Source: a virus
Direction: 5' to 3' (one strand)
Virus genome (UHGV): UHGV-0129806
DNA: 40,473 nt
The number at the start of each line of letters is the position of its first letter. Position 1 is the stretch's first letter. The position numbers and the translations under genes are program-made. The notes beneath the pieces are model-generated. The model did not search any database. It saw nothing but the letters and a program-made list of their open reading frames with translations, and was not told the origin of the DNA. Shown here one piece after another: positions 26,809 through 35,426 of the stretch.

Positions 26809-27741
26809 ATGAAGAAAAAACAATTAATGAAAATGGATATTCAAATGTTTGCTCAAACATGGAATCCAGACAACGTCACTGTATTAGAGAAAAAAGATGG
26901 AACAATTCCAGATAAGTACAACACTTTAATTTTAAAAGATGTGATGGAAAATTCTAAGTTAATGCAGTTGGCTAAATATGAAGAAATGGACGGCAAAGAA
27001 AAGAAATTCGAATACTTTGCAGAAGGTCCTGGGGCGTACTGGGTTGGTGAAGGCGAAAAGATTAAAACGTCTAAACCTAAATGGTTAAACGTAACGATGA
27101 CTGCGAAAAAAATTGGTGTTATTATCCCAGTTTCTCGAGAATATTTAACTTATAAGATGTCTGATTTCTTTACTCAAATGCAACCAAAAATCGCAGAAGC
27201 ATTTTATAAGAAAATTGATGCGGCTACTATCCTTGATAAAGAAAATCCATTCTCTCAATCTATTGAAAAATCTGTCATTGCAGCTAGTAATGTAATTGAG
27301 GGCGACTTGACATATGACAACATTTTAGCATTAGAGGATTTGCTTGGAGAAGGTGAATACGATCCGAATGCTTTCATTTCTAATCGTAAGAATCGTACAG
27401 TGTTACGTGAAGCAAGTAAAAAAATTGGTGACACAACTCAATTTATTTATGATCGTGTCAGCAATACTATTGATGGACTACCTGTAGCAGATCTAAAATC
27501 TATGGATAAAGGAAACCTTTATACTGGTGATTTTGATTACTTGCGCTATGGTATCCCATTTAACATTAATTTCAAAATTTCAGAAGAAGCTCAATTATCT
27601 ACTTTAACGAATGAAGACGGTACGCCTGTCAACTTGTACGAACAAGAATTGGTTGCTTTACGAGCTACAATGGATATTGGTTTCATGGTCATCAAAGATG
27701 AAGCATTTGCTAAGATTCAACCAAAAGCTGCGGGGGAGTAA
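26809..27741 (+). CDS. Major capsid protein
   Basis: N-terminal ...MDIQMFAQ motif shared with the scaffold; size and position. Confidence 0.8.
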   Translation: MKKKQLMKMDIQMFAQTWNPDNVTVLEKKDGTIPDKYNTLILKDVMENSKLMQLAKYEEMDGKEKKFEYFAEGPGAYWVGEGEKIKTSKPKWLNVTMTAKKIGVIIPVSREYLTYKMSDFFTQMQPKIAEAFYKKIDAATILDKENPFSQSIEKSVIAASNVIEGDLTYDNILALEDLLGEGEYDPNAFISNRKNRTVLREASKKIGDTTQFIYDRVSNTIDGLPVADLKSMDKGNLYTGDFDYLRYGIPFNINFKISEEAQLSTLTNEDGTPVNLYEQELVALRATMDIGFMVIKDEAFAKIQPKAAGE

Positions 27742-27803
27742 CTAGCCCTGTTGTTGGAAAAGTAACACCGACAACAAATGGGGCGACAATCGAACTAACT
27801 TAG
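27714..27803 (+). other. -1-frame cassette overlapping the 3' end of the capsid gene; encodes a conserved peptide and forms a stem-loop
   Basis: The -1 frame, open from 27714, reads ...GGVTSPVVGKVTPTTNGATIELT* (stop TAG 27801-03). Stem-loop CCCTGTTGTTGG...CCGACAACAAATGGGG at 27746-27783. Paralogous to 29754-29828. Confidence 0.45.
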
Positions 27804-27814
27804 GTGGTGTTTAG

Positions 27815-28147
27815 ATGTCAGAGATAGCAAATGATGTAAAAAAATTATTAAATGGTAGTCTTGATGAAAAATTAGAAATCATTGAAAGACGTACAAAAGA
27901 TCGGCTTCAAAATATATTGAATGTCACTGAGTTACCAAAAAGCTTTGATTCAGTTGTATATGAAGTAACTTTAAAACGATTTAATCGTATTGGCCAAGAA
28001 GGAATGCAATCTTATTCTCAAGAAGGTTTATCTATGGCATTTCCAGACTCTGATTTTTCTGAATATCAAGATGAGATTGAAGAGTATAAGAACAAGGAAA
28101 TAGAAGAACTTTATAAGCCTAAACGTGGGAGGTTTACATTTTCATGA
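27815..28147 (+). CDS. Head-tail connector (gp6-like)
   Basis: Size and position after the capsid gene. Confidence 0.6.
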   Translation: MSEIANDVKKLLNGSLDEKLEIIERRTKDRLQNILNVTELPKSFDSVVYEVTLKRFNRIGQEGMQSYSQEGLSMAFPDSDFSEYQDEIEEYKNKEIEELYKPKRGRFTFS

Positions 28148-28479
28148 GATATTTAGATGAAATTACCTTTGTAAAAAAATCTTCAGAATCGCATTATGAT
28201 CCAAATTCAGGTGAATGGATTGAAGAAGAACCGTTTAGAAAAACTGCTGATGTCAATGCAACTGACATTGGTACAGATCGTTCTATTACTATTTTCGGAA
28301 GCATTAAAGAAGGGGCTAAGGTCATTAGGACACAGCCCCTTTTTGTTATTCCAGAATTTGATTACATTGAGTTTGAGGATAAAACTTGGGAAGTTATTAC
28401 AAGTAGAGTTCCTGCATTAAGAAATAGCTTAATTATTCAGGAAGTGATTATTGATGGCAAGAAATCAAGTAAGAATTAA
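28144..28479 (+). CDS. Head closure / head-tail adaptor
   Basis: Synteny; ATGA overlap. Confidence 0.55.
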   Translation: MRYLDEITFVKKSSESHYDPNSGEWIEEEPFRKTADVNATDIGTDRSITIFGSIKEGAKVIRTQPLFVIPEFDYIEFEDKTWEVITSRVPALRNSLIIQEVIIDGKKSSKN

Positions 28480-28834
28480 TGGATTAGCTGGAATTTCTAA
28501 AAAACTAAAGAGAAATGCTCAACTTGATGATGTGAAAAAAGTTGTTAGAAATAACACAGCAGAATTAACCGCTAATATGCAAGCTGAAGCCGGAAAAGTG
28601 TTAACTGGACACTGGGAAGGTAAAAAGTTTGTTAAACCCACTGGGGCAACAAAAAGAAGTATCGTTATGAGGCTTTCGAACAATGGTTTTTCTGGGCATA
28701 CAGGACCAGGAACAGAATACGCACCGTATTTAATAAACGGTACGAGATTTATGGTGAAACGTGATTTCTTTTTACCACCGCTGAAACAACAAAAAGTGAA
28801 ATTTAGAACGGACTTGGAAAGGTTGATGAAATGA
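28454..28834 (+). CDS. HK97 gp10-like head-tail joining protein
   Basis: Synteny. Start ATG 28454 with SD GGAAGTGA. Confidence 0.55.
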   Translation: MARNQVRINGLAGISKKLKRNAQLDDVKKVVRNNTAELTANMQAEAGKVLTGHWEGKKFVKPTGATKRSIVMRLSNNGFSGHTGPGTEYAPYLINGTRFMVKRDFFLPPLKQQKVKFRTDLERLMK

Positions 28835-29220
28835 TTAAAACAAGAGATCAATCAATCTTCGATGAAGTGTATAAGAAGTGTCAATCACTGGGTTATGAAA
28901 CATACGATTATAAACCTATGAATGATGTAGGTTATCCATTTGTCGAATTAGAAGATACTCAGACACTGCACCAAGCCAATAAAACTGATATTAAAGGTTC
29001 GGTTACATTGAATCTATCTGTATGGGGATTGGCAAAAAAACGTAAACAAATATCGGATATGGCTTCAGCAATTTTTGCTGAGGCTTTATCTATTTATGAA
29101 ACGGAAGGTTATTATTGGTCGCTAAATATCCAATCAAGCGGTATTCGGTTAGTAGATGACATTTCGACTAACACACCATTGAAGCGGGCAATGATATCTT
29201 TAGAATTCAAAATACTATAG
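28831..29220 (+). CDS. Tail completion protein
   Basis: Synteny; ATGA overlap. Confidence 0.5.
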   Translation: MIKTRDQSIFDEVYKKCQSLGYETYDYKPMNDVGYPFVELEDTQTLHQANKTDIKGSVTLNLSVWGLAKKRKQISDMASAIFAEALSIYETEGYYWSLNIQSSGIRLVDDISTNTPLKRAMISLEFKIL

Positions 29221-29235
29221 AGAGAAGGAATATAA

Positions 29236-29766
29236 ATGGCTAATGAAGCAAAAGTAGCGGCTAAAGGTATTGATATTATTTTACTTTTCCGTTTGTTAAA
29301 AAAATCAAAAGAGGAAGCAGCATGGAAATTAGCTTTCCAGACAGAACATGAAAATACAAAAACAAAAGATAGTGACTCCGTGGCCACTAAAGATGGTCCG
29401 ATTCGTATCCCAGGATCATTGGAAATTGATTTTTCGGCAACATCTATTTTATCAGTCGGTGATCCATATGTTGACCAGCTAGAAGAAGCTTTAGACAATG
29501 ACGATATTATTGAAATCTGGGAAATCAACAAAGCAGAAAAAGGCACAGGAAATAATGTTGACAAATACAAGGCAACCTACTACCAAGGATATGTAACATC
29601 ATTTGGTAAATCACCTAATGCTGAAGATACCGTAGAGGTTTCATTAGAATTTGGTATCAATGGTAAAGGCGCAAAAGGATTTGCAACATTAACTGCTGAT
29701 CAAGAAGAAGTAGTTCAATATGTATTCAAAGATACGACTATTGAGAAAGATGATCTGGGAAAGTAG
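29236..29766 (+). CDS. Major tail protein
   Basis: Size of 176 aa; position before the Ig-like ORF and the chaperone pair. Confidence 0.75.
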   Translation: MANEAKVAAKGIDIILLFRLLKKSKEEAAWKLAFQTEHENTKTKDSDSVATKDGPIRIPGSLEIDFSATSILSVGDPYVDQLEEALDNDDIIEIWEINKAEKGTGNNVDKYKATYYQGYVTSFGKSPNAEDTVEVSLEFGINGKGAKGFATLTADQEEVVQYVFKDTTIEKDDLGK

Positions 29767-29828
29767 ATAGCCCTTCTGTGGGAAGTGTAACTCCTACAGT
29801 CGATGGGGCTTCTATTGAATTAAGCTAA
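29754..29828 (+). other. -1-frame cassette at the 3' end of the major tail gene: slippery G GGA AAG + stem-loop + conserved peptide
   Basis: Heptamer G GGA AAG at 29757-63. The -1 frame reads GKVDSPSVGSVTPTVDGASIELS* (stop TAA 29826-28). Hairpin AGCCC..CTGTGGGA agtgtaac TCCTACAG..GGGCT starts 6 nt downstream. Confidence 0.5.
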
Positions 29829-29843
29829 GAAAGGAAAATAAAT

Positions 29844-30302
29844 ATGGTGGATACTTTTAAAATTTATAAAGGCCAAACCGAAGTTGTTTCCGGCACATCA
29901 CCTTTAACTATAACAGGAATGGAACCTAACACCTCTGTGCCAGTTGGTGAGTACCAAGTAACTCGTGTTGTTAATGGGAAAGAATCAGAGCGAGTAGATA
30001 TTCCAGCTTTTAAAACATTGTCTATTGCTGTAACTGGCTTAGAGTTTTCTCCTAAAACATCAACAGCAGATGCGGGTACTGCAGGTAGCCGACAAATCAC
30101 AGCAACTGTCTTGCCTGAAAATGCAACCAACAAAAAAGTAACCTATAAGATTACGCCTGAAACAGAAGGTCTTGCTGTCTCTGAAACAGGAAATATTACT
30201 TGGACAGAAGCGGTACCGGCTGGTGTTTATACCACAACAGGAACATCAGAGGATGGTAAAAAAACAGCTCAACACACCTTAACATTGAATAATCAAGCTT
30301 AA
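29844..30302 (+). CDS. Ig-like (Big_2) domain tail protein
   Basis: ITATVLPENATNKKVTYKITPE is Big_2-like. Own SD AAAGGAAA. In frame with the upstream -1 cassette across a single TAA. Confidence 0.7.
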   Translation: MVDTFKIYKGQTEVVSGTSPLTITGMEPNTSVPVGEYQVTRVVNGKESERVDIPAFKTLSIAVTGLEFSPKTSTADAGTAGSRQITATVLPENATNKKVTYKITPETEGLAVSETGNITWTEAVPAGVYTTTGTSEDGKKTAQHTLTLNNQA

Positions 30303-30356
30303 AATAAAATTTAGAGGGCAGCTTAGCGGCTGTCCTTTTCTTATGGAGGAAAAGAC

Positions 30357-30707
30357 ATGCAAATCGAAATTAAAGGGAAAAAATATAACTGTATTTTTGG
30401 AGTCAAGTTTATTCGTGAATTGGATAAGCAGCATGGGGTAGTTCGTAATGATGTGAATCTTGGTATGGGACTAACAACATTATTACCGCAGCTAGTAAGT
30501 GGAAATATCGTTGTTCTATCTGATGTACTTTACACAGCTACCATTACGGAAAAAAGTAGACCTTCTAAGGATGAAGTAGATGAGTTTGTTGAAACTGTTG
30601 ATGATATTGAGGCGTTATTTGATGAAACGTTGAAAAACTTAGAAGAAAGCAATGCGGGAAAGTTAACGGTCAGAAATTTCAAGAAAGCTCTGATGGAGAA
30701 CAAGTAA
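30357..30707 (+). CDS. Tail assembly chaperone (gpG-like)
   Basis: Position before the tape-measure gene. Contains the slippery heptamer G GGA AAG at 30656-30662. Confidence 0.75.
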   Translation: MQIEIKGKKYNCIFGVKFIRELDKQHGVVRNDVNLGMGLTTLLPQLVSGNIVVLSDVLYTATITEKSRPSKDEVDEFVETVDDIEALFDETLKNLEESNAGKLTVRNFKKALMENK

Positions 30708-31057
30708 GAGAGGAACTAACCTCAGCTGAAGCTTATGAAAATATTCTTATTAATTGTTTTCGTTACCTAGAAATTACTGATTTATCAGAAATTGAACGAA
30801 TGACTTTGTATGAATATGAAGTTAGGCTATTGGCGTTTCAGTTAAAAAGACTTGACCATGAAAGAGACCTCTATCTTCAATCTTGGCTAAATAACCAAAT
30901 TAAGGCGACTAAAGGTAAAAAATCTGAACCTTATTATAAGGAATTCAATAAGTTTTTCAATTATGAAGAGCGAGAGAAGCTTATTTTGGGTAAATCATTA
31001 ATTGATGAAAAAGTTGATATAGGAGCAATTGATTTATTAAGAAAAGCAAATAAGTAG
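30357..31057 (+). CDS. Tail assembly chaperone -1 frameshift fusion product (gpGT-like)
   Basis: The -1 frame is open from 30626 to the stop at 31055-57. Classical X XXY YYZ site G GGA AAG at 30656-62. The track ORF 30800..31057 is the distal part. Confidence 0.7.
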
Positions 31058-31072
31058 GAAAGGAGGAAAATA

Positions 31073-34000
31073 ATGGAATCATATTCAGTCGAAGCAATAC
31101 TTACTGCTACTGATAGAACGTTTAGTAGCACGATGAGTAGCGCTGAACGTTCTATGGCTGGTGTAAACAAGCAATCTGGTGAACTAGGGGATGGATTGGA
31201 TAAAAGCACCACTAAAGGTAATCAATTAGGCAAGTCAATTCTTAGTATTGGAGCAGGTGTGGGTGCAGTAAAATTAGTATCTACGGCTGTAAATATGGTC
31301 AAGGACTCTGTTGAAGGAGCGATTAATCGTTTTGATACGTTGAATAAGTATCCAGTAGTTATGAAGGCTCTAGGTTACTCAACAGAAGATGTTGATCGGT
31401 CCATGAATAAACTATCTGATGGGATTGATGGATTGCCAACATCCCTCGATGAAATTGTAGCTAGCACGCAACAACTATCAATTTCAACTGGTAGCTTGAG
31501 TAAAGGAACTGACACAGCTATTGCATTAAATGATGCCTTTCTTGCTTCTGGAGCTTCAACTGCTGATGCGACTCGTGGTATGCAACAATATATTCAAATG
31601 CTCGGTAAGGGTGAAGTTGATATGCAGTCTTGGCGAACTTTACAAGAAACAATGCCAATAGCTATGGATAAAGTTGCTAAGTCTTTCAAAGAACAAGGTG
31701 TAAACTCAGTTAACCAATTATATGATGCCTTAAAAGAAGGAGATATTACATTTAATGAGTTCAATAATCGTTTGATTGAGTTGGACAAAGGCGTAGGTGG
31801 TTTTGCGGATTTAGCAAAGAAAAACTCAAAAGGTATCAAAACATCATGGGCAAACATCAAAACAGCCACCGTTAAAGGTGTAACTACAGTTATTAAATCG
31901 TTTGATGAATTATCCAAAGCGGTGACAGGGAAAAATATTGCCGAAAATTTGGACTCTTTAAAAAATGTAGTGAATATAACTTTTAAGGCAATTGATGCAG
32001 CGATTCAATCAACTATTCCGTTGATGAAACTATTCGGAAAAGCTATTACGTCGATAGGTACAGCCTTAACACCATTATTACCAACAATTGCCAGTTTTGC
32101 TGCTACCTTCACAGCATTGAAAGTAATTCAGCAAGTGACAGGCTATATAAAACAATCTGAATTGGCAATCAAAGCTTATACAACCGCAATAAGTTTATAC
32201 AATGGAATATCAAAACTGGCTACGTTATCTACTACAGCACTCGGAAGAGCATGGATGTTAAACCTAGCAGCCGATAAAGCAAATTCTGCAGCAATAGCAA
32301 TAAAAACTGGTCTTTTAGTGGCGCAAAATACAATCGTTGGTGTTTTGACGGGAACAATTAGTTTAGCTACAGTAGCTACAACTGTTTTTAGTACCGCTAT
32401 GAAATTGTTGATGGGCCCTATTGGTTGGGTAACAGCTGCAATAGGAGGACTAGTAGCTGTAGGGGTAAACTTATGGAAATGGTTAAATAAGGAAACTGAA
32501 TCAACTAAGGCAGTTAAAAAAGAACAAGAAAACCTTATGAAAACCACAGATGACTTGATTAAAAAGAATCAAGAACATATCCAATCACGAAAAGATGAAG
32601 CTATTGAATTGGATAATACTAAAGAAAAATTCCAATCTATGATTTCTGAAATGGAAATGCTCTCTGCTAAAGAAAAATTAAGCAACAGCGAGAAAAAACG
32701 TATGGTGGAAATTGTTGAGGAATTGAACGGTAAAATGACAGGTTTAAACTTAGTTTATGACGATCAAAAAAATATTTTATCTGAAATGCCTGGAACAATT
32801 CAACAACAAGTTGATGCCTATAATGCTTTAGATGAAGCTTCTCAAGCTCAAGAAAACATTAATCAAATGTTAAAAGAACGAAATGATAATGAAGCGAAGC
32901 TGATGGAAATCAATGCCGCTAGAGAAAAATGGAATCAGACATTAAAAGAATCTGGCGGGAATACAAAAGAAGCTCGTGAAAATATTGAAAAGTTGGGCGA
33001 GCAAGAGCAAGTGTTAAAGGGCGTTCAACAGGAATTAACGAATGAAATTATAAATACAGCTAATGCCCATGAACAATCAATGCAGCGTGCAAGCCAAGCT
33101 GTGGAAAATGGTGTGTTAAATCAAACAGTTTCATACAATGCTTTAAGTGGTAAGACGAAAGAAACAATGGATGCAATGCGTTCAGAATATTCATCACTTG
33201 AAGAAAAAGTAGGGAGCGCCTTTGATGTTATCCAGCAAAAACAAGCTATTTCAGTTGATCAAATGGCTGAAAATTTACAAAAAAATCAAGAAGCTGTTAG
33301 CCAATGGAGCACTAACATTGCTGCGTTAGCACAGCGAGGGGTAGATGAAGGGCTTTTAGAGCAACTAAGGAAAATGGGGCCTGAAGGTGCTGCTCAAGCG
33401 GCAGAATTAGTTAATTCTTCAGACGAACAATTACAACGCTTGAATGATGTCTATCGTAATACTGGTGAAACTTCCATGAATGCAATGAAAGAAGGTTATC
33501 AATTAGGCAAAAATGGTTTGAACGAGGAAATTCAAGCTCTTATACCAACTCAAAAAGAAACTTTGATGACTCAAATTAAGAATACAGACTTTAACAGCGT
33601 GGGTCTAAGTGTAACTGATGATTTTAAAGCAGGTATTGAAAATGGCCGTAGATCTGTTGAGGAAATGACAAAAGGAATTGTTCCTAAAGTCGGGGAAGAT
33701 ATGAAAGGTGAAGTACAGAAGGCAGATTTTTCAGGTATTGGTAAATCTATCCCACAAGGTTTAGAAAAAGGGGTAGAGGCTAACAAACAATTACCTGTAA
33801 AAACATCTAATCAAATGATTGATGATGTTGTTTCTGGTGCCAGAAAAGGTTTAGATTCTCACTCTCCTTCTCGTGTATTTCACTCAATTGGTGAAGATGT
33901 TGATTCTGGATTGTCGAACGGTATCGAACAAAACGCAATGAATCCAGTAAGAGCTGTTGAGTCTATTGTTGATAAAATAATTTCTGCAATGGATAAATTG

Positions 34001-34480
34001 CCATCAGAATTGAATTCTATCGGAGCAAATGCAATTGATGGATTGACTAATGGTATTAATGCCAATGCTAATAGTGCTTTAGCTGCAGCAAGAGGTGTGG
34101 CAGATCAAATTGTAAGTACAATGAAAAGTGCTATGGATATTCATTCTCCCTCACGTGTAATGCGTGATGAAGTAGGTAAAATGATTCCAGCAGGAGTAGC
34201 GGTTGGTATTGATAAATATTCAAACTTTGTAGAAAAATCTATGCAACGACTAAGTAAAAAGGTAGCCATGCCAGCGCTGGATAATTTAAATTCAAATTTA
34301 TCAATTAGTGGCGGAACACAAAGTTTAGCGTTTTCTGGAGATGTATCTTCAAAATTCACTGTGGAGGTACCTGTTATTTTAGATAGTACAGAGGTTGCAA
34401 GGGTTATTGCTAAACCAATGAGTAAAGAATTGCAGAATCAACAAGATAAAAAGAATGTTTCTTTAGGAAGGAGGCGCTAA
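31073..34480 (+). CDS. Tape measure protein
   Basis: 1135 aa, coiled-coil- and TM-rich, at the conserved position. Confidence 0.9.
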   Translation: MESYSVEAILTATDRTFSSTMSSAERSMAGVNKQSGELGDGLDKSTTKGNQLGKSILSIGAGVGAVKLVSTAVNMVKDSVEGAINRFDTLNKYPVVMKALGYSTEDVDRSMNKLSDGIDGLPTSLDEIVASTQQLSISTGSLSKGTDTAIALNDAFLASGASTADATRGMQQYIQMLGKGEVDMQSWRTLQETMPIAMDKVAKSFKEQGVNSVNQLYDALKEGDITFNEFNNRLIELDKGVGGFADLAKKNSKGIKTSWANIKTATVKGVTTVIKSFDELSKAVTGKNIAENLDSLKNVVNITFKAIDAAIQSTIPLMKLFGKAITSIGTALTPLLPTIASFAATFTALKVIQQVTGYIKQSELAIKAYTTAISLYNGISKLATLSTTALGRAWMLNLAADKANSAAIAIKTGLLVAQNTIVGVLTGTISLATVATTVFSTAMKLLMGPIGWVTAAIGGLVAVGVNLWKWLNKETESTKAVKKEQENLMKTTDDLIKKNQEHIQSRKDEAIELDNTKEKFQSMISEMEMLSAKEKLSNSEKKRMVEIVEELNGKMTGLNLVYDDQKNILSEMPGTIQQQVDAYNALDEASQAQENINQMLKERNDNEAKLMEINAAREKWNQTLKESGGNTKEARENIEKLGEQEQVLKGVQQELTNEIINTANAHEQSMQRASQAVENGVLNQTVSYNALSGKTKETMDAMRSEYSSLEEKVGSAFDVIQQKQAISVDQMAENLQKNQEAVSQWSTNIAALAQRGVDEGLLEQLRKMGPEGAAQAAELVNSSDEQLQRLNDVYRNTGETSMNAMKEGYQLGKNGLNEEIQALIPTQKETLMTQIKNTDFNSVGLSVTDDFKAGIENGRRSVEEMTKGIVPKVGEDMKGEVQKADFSGIGKSIPQGLEKGVEANKQLPVKTSNQMIDDVVSGARKGLDSHSPSRVFHSIGEDVDSGLSNGIEQNAMNPVRAVESIVDKIISAMDKLPSELNSIGANAIDGLTNGINANANSALAAARGVADQIVSTMKSAMDIHSPSRVMRDEVGKMIPAGVAVGIDKYSNFVEKSMQRLSKKVAMPALDNLNSNLSISGGTQSLAFSGDVSSKFTVEVPVILDSTEVARVIAKPMSKELQNQQDKKNVSLGRRR

Positions 34481-35410
34481 ATGTTATACAACTTTATTGA
34501 TGTAAACGAACAACAAACAAAAGCCTCTTTGCCTTCAGAAGCCATGAATTTTAATGGCTCCTTTTTAGAAGATTTAGTTCCAGGTTATAGAACATTATCT
34601 GTTGTTGGAAGAGAGTTAGCTCCTACTGAGATACAAAGCTACCAGTTGGGAATTCGTGATGGAATGCGACATGTTTATGCTCGTATTCCAGAAAGAGAAT
34701 TAACGGTTAAATTCAAAGTTGAGGCTAACTCTAACGAAGCGTTTAGGGATTCTTTTAACAGACTAAACGTTGCTTTGTTCACAGAAAAAGATGTACAGAT
34801 TTGGTTTAATGATGAACCAGAAATGCTTTGGTCAGGTAGTAAGTCAGACATTGATGCAGTTCCTGAAGGATTGAATCGTGTTGTTGGTACATTTACAATC
34901 TTGTTGAATAATCCATATAAATATACTAGAAGCGATGCTACTAGTGTTATGTGGGGTTCAACAGAAATAACGTTTCAAGCTAACTATCTTATGGGTAATA
35001 CTGGATCAGGGGCTGTTGACTTACCAATTACGATTGAGGGTGGGGCTTATTGGGGTTCTACCATGATTACTTTTCAAAACCGTTCCTATCTGATGGGAGA
35101 CAACGGTCAAGAGGTGAAACCAATTGAAATATATCCAACTGTTGAAGGGTTAAAAGTAAAACCGATTATTACTATAAAAGGCACTGGTAGAGGCGTGTGG
35201 ATAAAAACTAGAAGCGATACTATTGATATTGGTGATTTTGATAAGTCAGAAATAGTAATCGATACAGAACAGTTTAATATTACGAAAAATGGGAAGCCAA
35301 TGATTCGTCCTATGAACGATTTTTATATTTATCCAAATGAGCCACTATACATCCAAGCGAAAGATAGTACTTTTAATCTAACTATTCGATATCCAAATCG
35401 TTTTTTATAG
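34481..35410 (+). CDS. Distal tail protein (Dit)
   Basis: Size and position immediately after the tape-measure gene. Confidence 0.65.
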   Translation: MLYNFIDVNEQQTKASLPSEAMNFNGSFLEDLVPGYRTLSVVGRELAPTEIQSYQLGIRDGMRHVYARIPERELTVKFKVEANSNEAFRDSFNRLNVALFTEKDVQIWFNDEPEMLWSGSKSDIDAVPEGLNRVVGTFTILLNNPYKYTRSDATSVMWGSTEITFQANYLMGNTGSGAVDLPITIEGGAYWGSTMITFQNRSYLMGDNGQEVKPIEIYPTVEGLKVKPIITIKGTGRGVWIKTRSDTIDIGDFDKSEIVIDTEQFNITKNGKPMIRPMNDFYIYPNEPLYIQAKDSTFNLTIRYPNRFL

Positions 35411-35426
35411 GAGGTATTGCTAAAAT

